Assembly: GCA_035494855.1 (NCBI GenBank)
Contig: DATJGR010000105.1
Span: 445-64,444 of the forward strand
DNA from: Pseudomonadales bacterium
GTDB taxonomy: Bacteria; Pseudomonadota; Gammaproteobacteria; Pseudomonadales; Azotimanducaceae
DNA length: 64,000 bases
Direction of reading: 5' to 3'
Of this stretch, positions 30,717 through 40,436 are shown piece after piece (position 1 is the stretch's first letter; the number at the start of each line of letters is the position of its first letter). The notes under the pieces are model-generated. The model was not told where the DNA came from and searched no databases. It worked only from the letters and a program-made list of their open reading frames with translations. A program made the translations under genes and the position numbers.

Positions 30717-32038
30717 CTCGCTTCTGCCGCGGCGAACGCGTCTCGCGTGAGGTTCACGACCCCGACGCTCGTAACGTGGACGTTGTCTTCGATCCTGATG
30801 CCGCCGTACTGCATGAATCGCGCAACGACCGGCCAGTTCACGTGCTTGGCCGCCGGCTTCGCGCGCAGTTCGTCCAACAACATCGGAATGAAATACAGAC
30901 CGGGTTCGATCGTGAAGATCTGATCGACGCCGATGTCACGCGTGAGGCGCAAAGCCGAGTAACGGTCGGGCGGCGGACGCGTGCCGCCGTCGGGCGAGAC
31001 CATGTGTCCGGCCACGTCGTGCGTCTGAAGACCGAGCAAGTGCCCCAAGCCATGCGGAATGAACGCGTCGGTAATACACGATTCGAACGCTTCCGCCGGG
31101 GAACATCTGACGAGATCGAAATCCGCTAACAGTTCACCGATGGCGCGATGCATGCTTTCGTGCAGCGCGAGGTAATTCAGGCCGGGTCTGATAGAAGCGA
31201 TCAACGCCTGCTGCCGAGCATCCAGCGCCGCAACCAGCGCCGCAAAATCGCTCTTCTCGTCGGCGGCGTAGGTTCGGGTGATATCGCTCGCATAACCGCG
31301 GTAACGGCCGCCGGCATCGATAAGAAAGCTGGCGCGCTGCCGCGGCGGCTCGCGATCGTAGTGCTGGTAGTGCAGCACGCCGGCGTGCTCGTTCTGCGCG
31401 ACGATGTTCGAATAAGGCAGTTCGGTCTCGTTCTGCTTCGACGCGAGCAGATAGGCCTGATGAATGTCGTATTCGCTGGCGCCGACGCGATACGCGGCAA
31501 GCGCGGCCAGATGCCCCTGCACGCCGATCTCGGTCGCGCGTCGCATGCAATCGATCTCGAACCGCGTCTTGTACGCACGGCCGTAGTGCAGCCGACACAA
31601 CAGCTGTTGCGGGTTCACCTCCGCGACGGACAGGTTCGTGCGTTCGGTGCTCGAATCGCCGATCAGCGCCGTGCGGTTCTCGCTCTGCAACGCTCGCGAC
31701 GCGCCATCTACTAGCGCATCGAGCGAGTCGAACACCCGGACGTCGATCGCGTCGGCAGTATCGGGCGGCGTCGGCGGCTGATGCCAGTAGTCGCGCTGCT
31801 GATGGAAGAACAGCGTCGGTTTGTGTCCCGGCCGCACAAGCAGCAGCGCGTGCTCGCAACCGCCTGCGTCGAGCCACTGGGCAAAATGCGGATTGGCGCG
31901 GAACGGCGGTGCCTGGTCGTCGAGGAAGTAATTCTGTCTGGCTCCCGCCGCGATCACCGCAGCATCGAAGCGGTTCGAGGTCAGCGCCGCTTCCCAGCGT
32001 TGTTGGATGGCGGCGACGTGTTCGGCATAGCTGCTCAT
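30713..32038 (-). CDS. pepQ: Xaa-Pro dipeptidase (prolidase, PepQ-like, M24B)
   Basis: I chose the start at MSSYAEHVAAIQQRWEAAL. Metal ligands are present in DAGGRYRGYASDITRT, HGLGHLLGLQTHD and GGIRIEDNV. Confidence 0.88.
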   Translation of the reverse strand: MSSYAEHVAAIQQRWEAALTSNRFDAAVIAAGARQNYFLDDQAPPFRANPHFAQWLDAGGCEHALLLVRPGHKPTLFFHQQRDYWHQPPTPPDTADAIDVRVFDSLDALVDGASRALQSENRTALIGDSSTERTNLSVAEVNPQQLLCRLHYGRAYKTRFEIDCMRRATEIGVQGHLAALAAYRVGASEYDIHQAYLLASKQNETELPYSNIVAQNEHAGVLHYQHYDREPPRQRASFLIDAGGRYRGYASDITRTYAADEKSDFAALVAALDARQQALIASIRPGLNYLALHESMHRAIGELLADFDLVRCSPAEAFESCITDAFIPHGLGHLLGLQTHDVAGHMVSPDGGTRPPPDRYSALRLTRDIGVDQIFTIEPGLYFIPMLLDELRAKPAAKHVNWPVVARFMQYGGIRIEDNVHVTSVGVVNLTRDAFAAAEAR

Positions 32039-32135
32039 GCCGCGCGATTCTAGTGTCCGTCCGGAGCGAATGCACTGACCCTCGGGCAGGTGATATACAA
32101 TCCGGCCTTCACACGGGATGGTCACGGGAGGATTC

Positions 32136-33017
32136 ATGCAGGCATTTGCCTATGCTGCGCCGGAAACGGTTCAGCAGGCGCTCGATGTATTGGCGGAGCA
32201 TCAGGGGGCCGGGCGACGCGCGCAGGTCATGGCCGGCGGCACCGATCTCATGGTGCAGATGCGTCTGGTCGACGGGTCGCCGCGCACCATCGTCGACATC
32301 AAGAAAATCGCGGAAACGAATCGGCTCGACGTCGGTGCCAAAGAGGTCTACATCGGCGCCGCAATTGCCGGCGCGGTGCTGTCGGCGTCGAAGCCGCTCA
32401 AGGCTTGCTTCCCCGGCCTGGTCGAATCGATCGACCTGATCGGGTCCGCCCAGATTCAGGGTCGCGCCTCTCTTGGCGGCAACCTCTGCAATGCATCGCC
32501 GGCAGGGGACACCATTTCGGCGCTGGTCGCCAATGCAGGCGTCTGCGTGATTGCCTCGAAGGGTGGTCTGCGCGAGATGTCGGTCGAATCGTTCGTGGTC
32601 GGCGTCGGCAAGAACGCGCTCAAACCGGGCGAATTTCTGCTCGGCATCAAATTCCAGCGCCCTGCGAAGGGTACATCCGACGCCTACCTGCGTTTCATTC
32701 CGCGCACGGAAATGGACATCGCGGTCGCCGGTGCCGGCGTCAGCGTCACGCTCGATGCGAGCGGAACTTGCACGGCGGCGCGGGTGGCGATCGGTGCGGT
32801 TGCACCGACGGTGATCCCGGTACCGGCAGCTGTCGATGCCCTCATCGGTTCGAAACTCGACGCGGCAGCGCTCGACAAGGCGGGCAAGGCCTGCAGTGCG
32901 GCCGCGTCTCCGATATCGGACAAGCGCGGTACCGCCGAATATCGACGCACGGTGGTCGGGGTGTTGTGCCGGCGGGCCACCGCCATCGCCGCTGAACGTG
33001 CCAAGGAGAACCGTTGA
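32136..33017 (+). CDS. Xanthine dehydrogenase-family FAD-binding subunit (CoxM-like)
   Basis: MQAFAYAAPETVQQALDVL...VMAGGTDL ... GSAQIQGRASLGGNL ... KRGTAEYRR. GGGAGGA lies upstream of ATG 32136. Confidence 0.88.
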   Translation: MQAFAYAAPETVQQALDVLAEHQGAGRRAQVMAGGTDLMVQMRLVDGSPRTIVDIKKIAETNRLDVGAKEVYIGAAIAGAVLSASKPLKACFPGLVESIDLIGSAQIQGRASLGGNLCNASPAGDTISALVANAGVCVIASKGGLREMSVESFVVGVGKNALKPGEFLLGIKFQRPAKGTSDAYLRFIPRTEMDIAVAGAGVSVTLDASGTCTAARVAIGAVAPTVIPVPAAVDALIGSKLDAAALDKAGKACSAAASPISDKRGTAEYRRTVVGVLCRRATAIAAERAKENR

Positions 33018-33499
33018 TGAGCAAGACTCGTGTAGAAACGAAGATCAACGGCGAGCAGATGGAATTTCTGTGTGAACCGCAACAGTCGATGCTCGACGTA
33101 CTGCGCGACACCCTGGGGCTCACCGGAACGAAGGAAGGCTGTGCAACTGGCGACTGCGGCGCCTGTTCGGTCATGTTGGACGGACGCCTGATCTGCTCGT
33201 GCCTGATGCTCGCGGTCGAAAGCAACGGACGTCAGCTCACCACCATCGAAGGCATCTCGCGCGGCGAAACGCTGCATCCGATCCAGCAGAAGTTCCTGCA
33301 ACACGCCGCGCTGCAATGCGGCATCTGCACACCAGGCTTCGTCGTAGCAGCGAAGGCGCTGCTGGACGAAAATCCGAATCCGACGGAGGAGGAGATCCGC
33401 TATCACCTGGCGGGCAACCTCTGTCGATGCACCGGTTACGACAAGATCATTCGCGCGGTTCAAGACGCCGCGCAGACGTTACGAGGAGAGGCATCGTGA
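33014..33499 (+). CDS. (2Fe-2S)-binding small subunit (CoxS-like)
   Basis: CATGDCGACSV ... QCGICTPGF ... NLCRCTGY. The gene has a 4-nt overlap with the FAD subunit. Confidence 0.92.
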   Translation: MMSKTRVETKINGEQMEFLCEPQQSMLDVLRDTLGLTGTKEGCATGDCGACSVMLDGRLICSCLMLAVESNGRQLTTIEGISRGETLHPIQQKFLQHAALQCGICTPGFVVAAKALLDENPNPTEEEIRYHLAGNLCRCTGYDKIIRAVQDAAQTLRGEAS

Positions 33500-35763
33500 G
33501 CGAAGCGAGAGACTACAAGGTCATTGGCACGCGCGTCGTCCGCCCGGACGGCGTCGACAAGGTTACCGGACGCGCCAACTTCGGCGCCGATTTCAGCCTG
33601 CCGGGCATGTTGTACGGAAAGGTGTTGCGTAGTCCGCACGCGCATGCGCGAATCAAGAAGATCGACACCGCTGCGGCCGCCAAGATCGAAGGCGTCTACG
33701 CCATCGTAACTGGAGCCGACTTCCCCAAGGTGGGTCACGAAGAGATCACCGGTGGTGAAGGCGCGGGCGACTTCGCCGACCTCGCCACCAACGTCATGGC
33801 ACGCGACAAGGTCGTTTACCACGGCCACGCGGTGGCTGCGGTTGCGGCGCAAACCTCGGCGATCGCCGATGCCGCGCTCGCTGCGATCAAGATCGACTAC
33901 GAGCGGCTTGCGCCGGTGATGGATCTCGACACTGCGATGGCCGACAACGCGACGCTGATCGACGAACGGCTGTTCACCGCCGGATTGCCGGAAAAAGCAA
34001 CGAAGCCGAGCAACGTTGCGGCCTATATGGAATTCAAGCGCGGCGACATCGCGCAAGGTTTTGCAGAAGCCGACGTCGTGGTCGAAGGCACGTACCGGAC
34101 GCCGACCGTGCACCAGGGATACATCGAACCGCATGCGTGCGTCGCGTCGATCAACCAGGGTGGCCAGGCGACCATCTGGTGTTGCACGCAGGGTCACTTC
34201 GACGTGCGCTCGATGACGTCGAAGGTACTCGGCATGAACGTGGCCGACATTCGCGTGATTCCAAGCGAAATCGGCGGCGGATTCGGCGGTAAGACCACTA
34301 TCTATCTCGAGCCGGTGGCGATGGTGCTGTCGAAGAAATCCGGTCGCCCGGTGAAAATAACCATGACGCGCGACGAAGTGTTCCGCGCTTCGGGCCCGGC
34401 ATCCGCGACGAAGTGCAAAATCAAGATCGGCGCGAAGAAGGACGGCACTTTCACCGCGATGTCGGCCTGGCTCGCGTATGAGGCGGGCGGCTACAAAGGG
34501 TCGTCGATGGCGCCTGGCGCGATGTGCGTGTTCGCGCCGTATGTTGTCCCGCATTTCCTGATCCAGGGTTACGACGTGCTGGTCAACAAACCGAAGGTCG
34601 CGGCGTATCGCGCACCCGGCGCTCCGCAGTCCATGTATGCCTGCGAAAGTCTGATCGACGACCTCGCGCGGCAGCTCAAAATCGATCCGATCGACCTGCG
34701 CCTCAAGAATGCCGTTAGTGCGGGCAGCCAAGCCGCGTACGGACCGAAATACAACGCCGTCGGATTCAAGGAGTGCCTGGAGGCGGCCAAGAAGCATCCG
34801 AACTACACGAAGAAACTCGGCCCGAACGAAGGCCGCGGACTCGCGGCCGGTTTCTGGTTCAACGCCGGCATGCAGTCGAGCGCCGAGGTCCACATCAATG
34901 AAAACGGCACGGTCACCGTGGTCGAAGGCAGCCCCGACATCGGCGGCTCGCGTGCATCGATGGCGCTGATGGCCGCCGAGGAGTTGGGCGTGCCTTACGA
35001 ACGCGTGCGCGTGGTCGTCGCAGACACCGAAAATGCCGGCTACAACAACGTCACCGGTGGCAGCCGGGTCACGTTTGCAACCGGGATGGCGGTGATTCAG
35101 GCCGCCGGCGACATCATCACGCAGTGCAAGCAGCGCGCCGCGGCGACGTGGGGTATCGAAGCGGATCTGGTCGACTGGAAGGACGGTCAAGCGATTCCGA
35201 AACCAGGCGTGAATGCCGACGTCAAACCGCTCACGCTCGCGCAGATCGCGGCTAACTCCGGACGCACTGGCGGCCCATTGCTGGGGCGGGCCTCGCTAAA
35301 CGCACGCGGCGCCGGTCCGGGTTTCTCGATCAACATGGCGGACGTGCGCGTCGATCCGGAAACGGGCAAGGTCGACGTACTGCGGTTCACGGCGATTCAG
35401 GATGCTGGCAAGGCAATACATCCGGCGTACGTCGAAGGTCAGATGCAGGGCGGAGCGGCGCAGGGCATCGGTTGGGCGCTCAACGAGGAATACATCTACG
35501 ACTCGAACGGCGTGATGCAGAACGCGGGTTTCCTCGACTATCGCATGCCGGTGGCGTCGGACCTGCCGATGATCGATACGCAAATCATCGAGGTGCCGAA
35601 TCCGAGCCATCCGTATGGCGTGCGCGGCGTCGGTGAAGTGCCGATCGTGGCGCCGCTCGCAGCGGTTGCGAACGCGGTGCGCGCGGCAACCGGAATTCGG
35701 ATTCCGGATCTGCCGTTGTCGCCCCCGCGGGTTCTCGCCGCCCTGGAGGCCGCGAAAGCCTGA
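33496..35763 (+). CDS. Xanthine dehydrogenase-family molybdopterin-binding large subunit
   Basis: The GTG start overlaps the small-subunit stop. VVRPDGVDKVTGRANFGADF ... EIGGGFGGK ... It lacks the CO-dehydrogenase CSFR-type loop by eye. Confidence 0.9.
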   Translation: MSEARDYKVIGTRVVRPDGVDKVTGRANFGADFSLPGMLYGKVLRSPHAHARIKKIDTAAAAKIEGVYAIVTGADFPKVGHEEITGGEGAGDFADLATNVMARDKVVYHGHAVAAVAAQTSAIADAALAAIKIDYERLAPVMDLDTAMADNATLIDERLFTAGLPEKATKPSNVAAYMEFKRGDIAQGFAEADVVVEGTYRTPTVHQGYIEPHACVASINQGGQATIWCCTQGHFDVRSMTSKVLGMNVADIRVIPSEIGGGFGGKTTIYLEPVAMVLSKKSGRPVKITMTRDEVFRASGPASATKCKIKIGAKKDGTFTAMSAWLAYEAGGYKGSSMAPGAMCVFAPYVVPHFLIQGYDVLVNKPKVAAYRAPGAPQSMYACESLIDDLARQLKIDPIDLRLKNAVSAGSQAAYGPKYNAVGFKECLEAAKKHPNYTKKLGPNEGRGLAAGFWFNAGMQSSAEVHINENGTVTVVEGSPDIGGSRASMALMAAEELGVPYERVRVVVADTENAGYNNVTGGSRVTFATGMAVIQAAGDIITQCKQRAAATWGIEADLVDWKDGQAIPKPGVNADVKPLTLAQIAANSGRTGGPLLGRASLNARGAGPGFSINMADVRVDPETGKVDVLRFTAIQDAGKAIHPAYVEGQMQGGAAQGIGWALNEEYIYDSNGVMQNAGFLDYRMPVASDLPMIDTQIIEVPNPSHPYGVRGVGEVPIVAPLAAVANAVRAATGIRIPDLPLSPPRVLAALEAAKA

Positions 35764-35776
35764 GGCGAACGCGTCC

Positions 35777-36022
35777 GTGGCCAAGGTGTTCTTCCCGGAC
35801 CACCTGATGCAGCTTACCGCCGGTGTCAGGGAGCTCGAGGTTCACGCCGAGAGCTTCCGCGACCTGGTGGCGAAGCTCGAGCAGCTGTACCCGGGAATAT
35901 CCAAGCTGTTGATTGGCAAGGTGGCGGTCGCGATCGACGGCGACATCATTCACGATCCGTTTCTCGACCCGGTCGGACCGGACTCGGAGGTGTACTTCCT
36001 TCACCGCATCGAGGGCGGCTGA
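35777..36022 (+). CDS. MoaD/ThiS-family ubiquitin-like small protein ending in Gly-Gly
   Basis: 81 codons from GTG 35777: VAKVFFPDHLMQLTAGVRELEVHAESFRDLVAKLEQLYPG...DSEVYFLHRIEGG-stop. The pattern parallels MoaD (kV.ff..l......ev.....l...l...p...dgDEv.f.P..tGG). Confidence 0.65.
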   Translation: MAKVFFPDHLMQLTAGVRELEVHAESFRDLVAKLEQLYPGISKLLIGKVAVAIDGDIIHDPFLDPVGPDSEVYFLHRIEGG

Positions 36023-36067
36023 GTCGGATCGTTAGGGATCATTGGACGCACGTGCAAAGGGGGCGGC

Positions 36068-37417
36068 GTGGCGCGTATAGCAATCATCGGTGCGGGCAGC
36101 CTGGTCTTCTCCAGCCGGCTGACAGCGGACATTCTTTCGTACCCGCATCTGCGCGACGCACATTTCGCGCTTGTCGACGTCGACAACGAACGTCTCGCAT
36201 ATGCCGGCCGGATCGTCGAACGCATCTGCCGCGATGGTGGCTACTCGCAGGCAACGTATTCGATGCATCGCGATCGAGCCAAAGCGCTCGACGGCGCCGA
36301 CTATGTGATCATCAGCGTGCTGGTGGGCGGTTACGAAGCGATCGAGCGGGAGATCGACATACCGAAGCGCTACGGCGTCGATCAGGCGATCGGCGATACG
36401 TTGACGCCCGGCGGCATCATGCGTTGCCTGCGCACCCTTCCACAGTTGTTGGAAATCGGGCGCGACATCATGAAGTGCTGCCCGAGCGCCTGGGTGCTCA
36501 ACTACACCAACCCGATGGCGATGTTGTGCTGGGGCATGAACGAAGCGCTACCCGGAATACGTCTGGTCGGGCTGTGTCATTCCGTTCAGCACACCACCGC
36601 GCAATGGGCGCACCGGCTCAAGGTGCCGCTCGAAGAAGTGGAGTTCGAGTGCGCTGGCCTGAACCATCAGGCGTGGATCTTCCGCTTCGACCACCGCGGC
36701 CGCGATCTGCTGCCTGCCATTCGCGAACTTGCGGTCGAACCGAGGCTCTGGCGCAAAGACACCTCTCGGATGGAGTACGTCAAACACTTCGGCTATCCGG
36801 TAACAGAGGCGAGCGGACACAACTCCGAGTATTCCGCGTGGTTCCGCAAACGTCCCGAGCTGATCGAGGCGTACTGTCCGGGCGGCAGCTGGAACGGCGG
36901 CTCAGGCTTCATCAAGGAACTGTACAACCGTCCGGATTGGCGCGAAGTCATGGAGAAGATGGCGGACGGCACCGAGCTCGTATCGCTGGAACGCAGCAAC
37001 GAATACGGCAGCCAGATCGTCAGCGCGCTCGCCGGCGGCGAACCGGTGAAGATCTACGGCAACGTCATGAACGACGGCCACGTCGCCAACCTGCCCGACG
37101 GCGTGTGTGTCGAAGTGCCGTGCTCGGTCGATACGGACGGGATCAAAGCGCAAGCCGTCGGGGACATTCCCGCGCATCTTGCGGCCATCAACCAGACCCA
37201 GATCAACGTGCAGCGTCTCGCGGTGAAGGCCGCGCTCGAATCGGATCCGGAGATCGTCTTCCAGGCGATGGCGCTCGATCCCCTCACTGCAGCCGTTGGA
37301 ACGCTCGACGAGATCAGAGAGATGACCGCTGAACTGCTGGCGGCGCACGCGCAATGGCTACCAGCGTTCAGCAACCGCAGGCTCGCGCCGAAACCTCGAC
37401 TGGCCGGCCATGTCTGA
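36068..37417 (+). CDS. Glycoside hydrolase family 4 (NAD+/Mn2+-dependent alpha-galactosidase/alpha-glucosidase-type)
   Basis: The N-terminal Rossmann motif is IAIIGAGSLVFS. Also present: GDTLTPGGIMRCLRT, NYTNPMAM and GLCHS. Confidence 0.88.
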   Translation: MARIAIIGAGSLVFSSRLTADILSYPHLRDAHFALVDVDNERLAYAGRIVERICRDGGYSQATYSMHRDRAKALDGADYVIISVLVGGYEAIEREIDIPKRYGVDQAIGDTLTPGGIMRCLRTLPQLLEIGRDIMKCCPSAWVLNYTNPMAMLCWGMNEALPGIRLVGLCHSVQHTTAQWAHRLKVPLEEVEFECAGLNHQAWIFRFDHRGRDLLPAIRELAVEPRLWRKDTSRMEYVKHFGYPVTEASGHNSEYSAWFRKRPELIEAYCPGGSWNGGSGFIKELYNRPDWREVMEKMADGTELVSLERSNEYGSQIVSALAGGEPVKIYGNVMNDGHVANLPDGVCVEVPCSVDTDGIKAQAVGDIPAHLAAINQTQINVQRLAVKAALESDPEIVFQAMALDPLTAAVGTLDEIREMTAELLAAHAQWLPAFSNRRLAPKPRLAGHV

Positions 37418-38309
37418 GCTGGTCAACCTCGGTTCGTTCTGTATCGACTACGTGTACTCGGTGCCGTCGATCGTGCGGGTCGGCGAAACGTTGCTCGGAA
37501 CGGGTCCGGTCCGTCACGCCGGCGGAAAGGGGCTGAATCAATCGCTTGCGGCGGCGCGTGCCGGCGCGACCGTTGCGCATTTCGGGCGCGTCGGTCTCGA
37601 TGGAACGTGGCTGACCGACATGCTGGCGGAGGCGGGTGTCGATGTCGCCGGCGTGCACTGTTGCGAATCGCACCCGACGGGCCACGCGATGATTCAGGTG
37701 GGTGCGCACGGTGAAAACGCGATCGTCATCGTGGCCGGCGCAAATCATCACATCCAGCCGGATGACGTGGCGCGAGCCATCGCACGCGTCGGCCGTGACG
37801 GTTGGCTTCTGATGCAGAACGAGATCAACGACATCGACGACGTGCTCGCCGAAGCGAGACGCGCCGAAATCCGCGTTGCCTTGAACATCGCGCCGGTCGA
37901 CGGGCGTGAAGCCAGCTATGGAATCGACGCGGTCGAACTGCTGCTGTTGAACGAACTCGAAGCCGCGGTGCTGGTGCACGAGACCGACCCGCACCGCGCG
38001 TTGGAACGGCTCACGCGCGAACGTCCAAACCAGCACGTCGTCGTGACGCTCGGCGCGCACGGCGTGCTGTACGGACGCGGCCACGAACGGATCTGGTTGC
38101 CGGCGTTCGAAGTGACGGCAGTCGATGAAACGGGTGCGGGCGATGCGTTCATTGGTCACCTGATGGCGGCCTGGTTCGAGAACATGCCGGTGCGGGACCG
38201 CTTGTTGCGGGCGAGTGCCGCAGGCGCGCTCGCGGTGTGTTCGCCGGGCGCCGCGCAAGCCATTCCGAATGCGGCGATGGTGCAGTCGTTTCTCGCCGCG
38301 CACCAATGA
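37410..38309 (+). CDS. PfkB/ribokinase-family sugar kinase
   Basis: GGKGLNQSLAAARAG ... the C-terminal DETGAGDAFIG motif. The gene overlaps the GH4 gene by 8 nt. Confidence 0.85.
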   Translation: MSELVNLGSFCIDYVYSVPSIVRVGETLLGTGPVRHAGGKGLNQSLAAARAGATVAHFGRVGLDGTWLTDMLAEAGVDVAGVHCCESHPTGHAMIQVGAHGENAIVIVAGANHHIQPDDVARAIARVGRDGWLLMQNEINDIDDVLAEARRAEIRVALNIAPVDGREASYGIDAVELLLLNELEAAVLVHETDPHRALERLTRERPNQHVVVTLGAHGVLYGRGHERIWLPAFEVTAVDETGAGDAFIGHLMAAWFENMPVRDRLLRASAAGALAVCSPGAAQAIPNAAMVQSFLAAHQ

Positions 38310-39448
38310 CCGACTGGTCGCGCGAGTTCCGCGCGCGGTTCGACGGTGCGCCGCAACTGTTCTGGGCGCCCGGGCGCGTCAACCTGATCGGCGATCACAT
38401 CGATTACTGCGGGGGGCCCGTGCTGCCGATGCCGATCCAGTTCGGCACTTCTGTCGCGGTGCGCCTGACCGACAGCGGTCTGGTTCGAGCCAAGAGCATG
38501 AACGATTCCGAGCCGATCGAGTTCCGGATCGGCGCGCCCGTGGCACTACCACACGGATCCTGGGGCCGCTTCGTCGAAGGTGCGATCAGCGTGCTGGCCC
38601 ACGAGGGCGTGCGGATCGGGGGCGCCGACATCCTCGTGGGCGGGGACATTCCGGGCAGCGGGTTGTCGAGCTCCGCATCGCTGACCGTGGGGCTGATTTA
38701 CGCGTTCTCGCACGCGGTGAATCGACCGCTCGCACCGCTGCAGCTCGCGCTTTCGGCGCAACGCGTCGAACACGAGTTCGTCGGTGTTCAGTGCGGCCTC
38801 ATGGATCAGGCGGTGATCGCGCTCGCGCAGCCGGGCGCTGCGCTGTTGTTCGACTGTTCCAATCATCGTCATCGCCCGATTGTGCTGAACGACACCGCGG
38901 TGCGGTTCGTCGTCGTCGATACGGGACGGGCGCGTCAACTGGTCGATTCGGCGTACAACGCCCGGTTCGCGGAAACGCGCGCCGCGGCAGGGTCGCTGGG
39001 CGTGGAGCATCGGCTGTTCGCCACCCTCGATGTCGGCGAGTTCGAATCGCGTTGCACGCGCATTCTCGATCCGGTGGTGCAGCGCCGCGCGCGCCACGTC
39101 GTGAGCGAGTCAGCACGCGTCGCACGTGTCGCAGCGGCGCTCGAAGCGCGTGACTGGCCGATGCTCGGCCGTGCACTGTCGCAAAGCCACGCCTCGTTGC
39201 GCGACGACTATGAAGTGAGCTGCACGGAGCTCGACGCGCTCGCGGAAGCGCTGGAGAGCCAACCCGGCTGCTATGGCGCGCGCATGACCGGCGCCGGATT
39301 CGGCGGCAGCGTCGTGGCGTTGGTCGATGCCGAATGTGTCGATTCCGTGCTGGGTAGTGCATCTGCGACGTACCGGCAGAGATTCGGAAGCACGCCGCGC
39401 GCGTTCGTTGCCGAATCGCTCGGCGGCGTGAGATCGGTCGATGGCTGA
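38306..39448 (+). CDS. galK: Galactokinase
   Basis: The ATG overlaps the kinase stop (ATGA). APGRVNLIGDHIDYCGG ... GGDIPGSGLSSSASL ... RMTGAGFGGS. Confidence 0.92.
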   Translation: MTDWSREFRARFDGAPQLFWAPGRVNLIGDHIDYCGGPVLPMPIQFGTSVAVRLTDSGLVRAKSMNDSEPIEFRIGAPVALPHGSWGRFVEGAISVLAHEGVRIGGADILVGGDIPGSGLSSSASLTVGLIYAFSHAVNRPLAPLQLALSAQRVEHEFVGVQCGLMDQAVIALAQPGAALLFDCSNHRHRPIVLNDTAVRFVVVDTGRARQLVDSAYNARFAETRAAAGSLGVEHRLFATLDVGEFESRCTRILDPVVQRRARHVVSESARVARVAAALEARDWPMLGRALSQSHASLRDDYEVSCTELDALAEALESQPGCYGARMTGAGFGGSVVALVDAECVDSVLGSASATYRQRFGSTPRAFVAESLGGVRSVDG

Positions 39449-40436
39449 ACGGCGCCACAATCCACTGACCGGCGATTGGGTGATCGTTTCACCGGGTCGC
39501 GCCAATCGGCCATGGCAAGGCAGTGAAGAAAAGGACCCTGCGCCGGCGTCGAACCGTTGGGAACCCGACTGCTATCTCTGTCCGCGCAACACTCGAACCA
39601 GCGGCATCGTCAATCCCGACTACCGCGGCCCGTTTGCATTCGACAACGATTTCCCGGCGCTGGACGCGGTGGCACATCACTTCGATGGGAACGAGCCGCT
39701 GCTGAGGGCCGAATCGATCACCGGCCGGTGTCGCGTGCTGTGTTATTCGGAACACCACGACGCGACGCTCGCATCGTTGTCCGCGCGCGAACTCGACGGC
39801 GTAGTCGAGCTCTGGCGCGCCGAGTCGGCGCACTTGCGCAACGAGAACGCGTGGGTGCAGATCTTCGAGAACAAGGGCGCGTTAATGGGCTGTTCGAGCC
39901 CGCATCCGCACGGACAGGTGTGGGCCACGTCGACGGTGCCGACGCTGGCAGCGCGGGAGGATGAGGCACAACGCGCGTATGCATCCGCCGGTGGATCTAC
40001 CTCCATCATGCTGCTCGATTACGCCCGCCGCGAGCTGTCACTCGGCATGCGTATCGTTGCGCAGACGGAGCGCTGGATCGCCGTCGTACCGTATTGGGCG
40101 GCATGGCCGTTCGAAACGCTGGTGCTGCCGCTCGAGCACCGCCGCGGTTTCGAAGACCTCGATGCGGACGATGGCACGGAACTCGCGCGACTACTCGCGC
40201 AGCTGCTGCCGGCCTACGACCGGCTGTTTGATGTGTCGTTCCCGTACTCGATGGGATGGCATGGACGCGGTCGCGACCACGGCCCCCATTGGCAACTGCA
40301 CGCACACGTGTATCCGCCGTTACTGCGCTCGGCGGTGCGCAAGTTCATGGTCGGTTTCGAAATGCTGGCCGAGGCGCAACGCGATCTGACGCCAGAGGAG
40401 GCGGCGGCGCGACTGCGTCAACTCGTTAGACCCTGA
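39441..40436 (+). CDS. galT: Galactose-1-phosphate uridylyltransferase
   Basis: RHNPLTGDWVIVSPGRANRPWQG ... CYLCP ... SSPHPHGQVWA (HPH active site). Confidence 0.92.
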   Translation: MAERRHNPLTGDWVIVSPGRANRPWQGSEEKDPAPASNRWEPDCYLCPRNTRTSGIVNPDYRGPFAFDNDFPALDAVAHHFDGNEPLLRAESITGRCRVLCYSEHHDATLASLSARELDGVVELWRAESAHLRNENAWVQIFENKGALMGCSSPHPHGQVWATSTVPTLAAREDEAQRAYASAGGSTSIMLLDYARRELSLGMRIVAQTERWIAVVPYWAAWPFETLVLPLEHRRGFEDLDADDGTELARLLAQLLPAYDRLFDVSFPYSMGWHGRGRDHGPHWQLHAHVYPPLLRSAVRKFMVGFEMLAEAQRDLTPEEAAARLRQLVRP

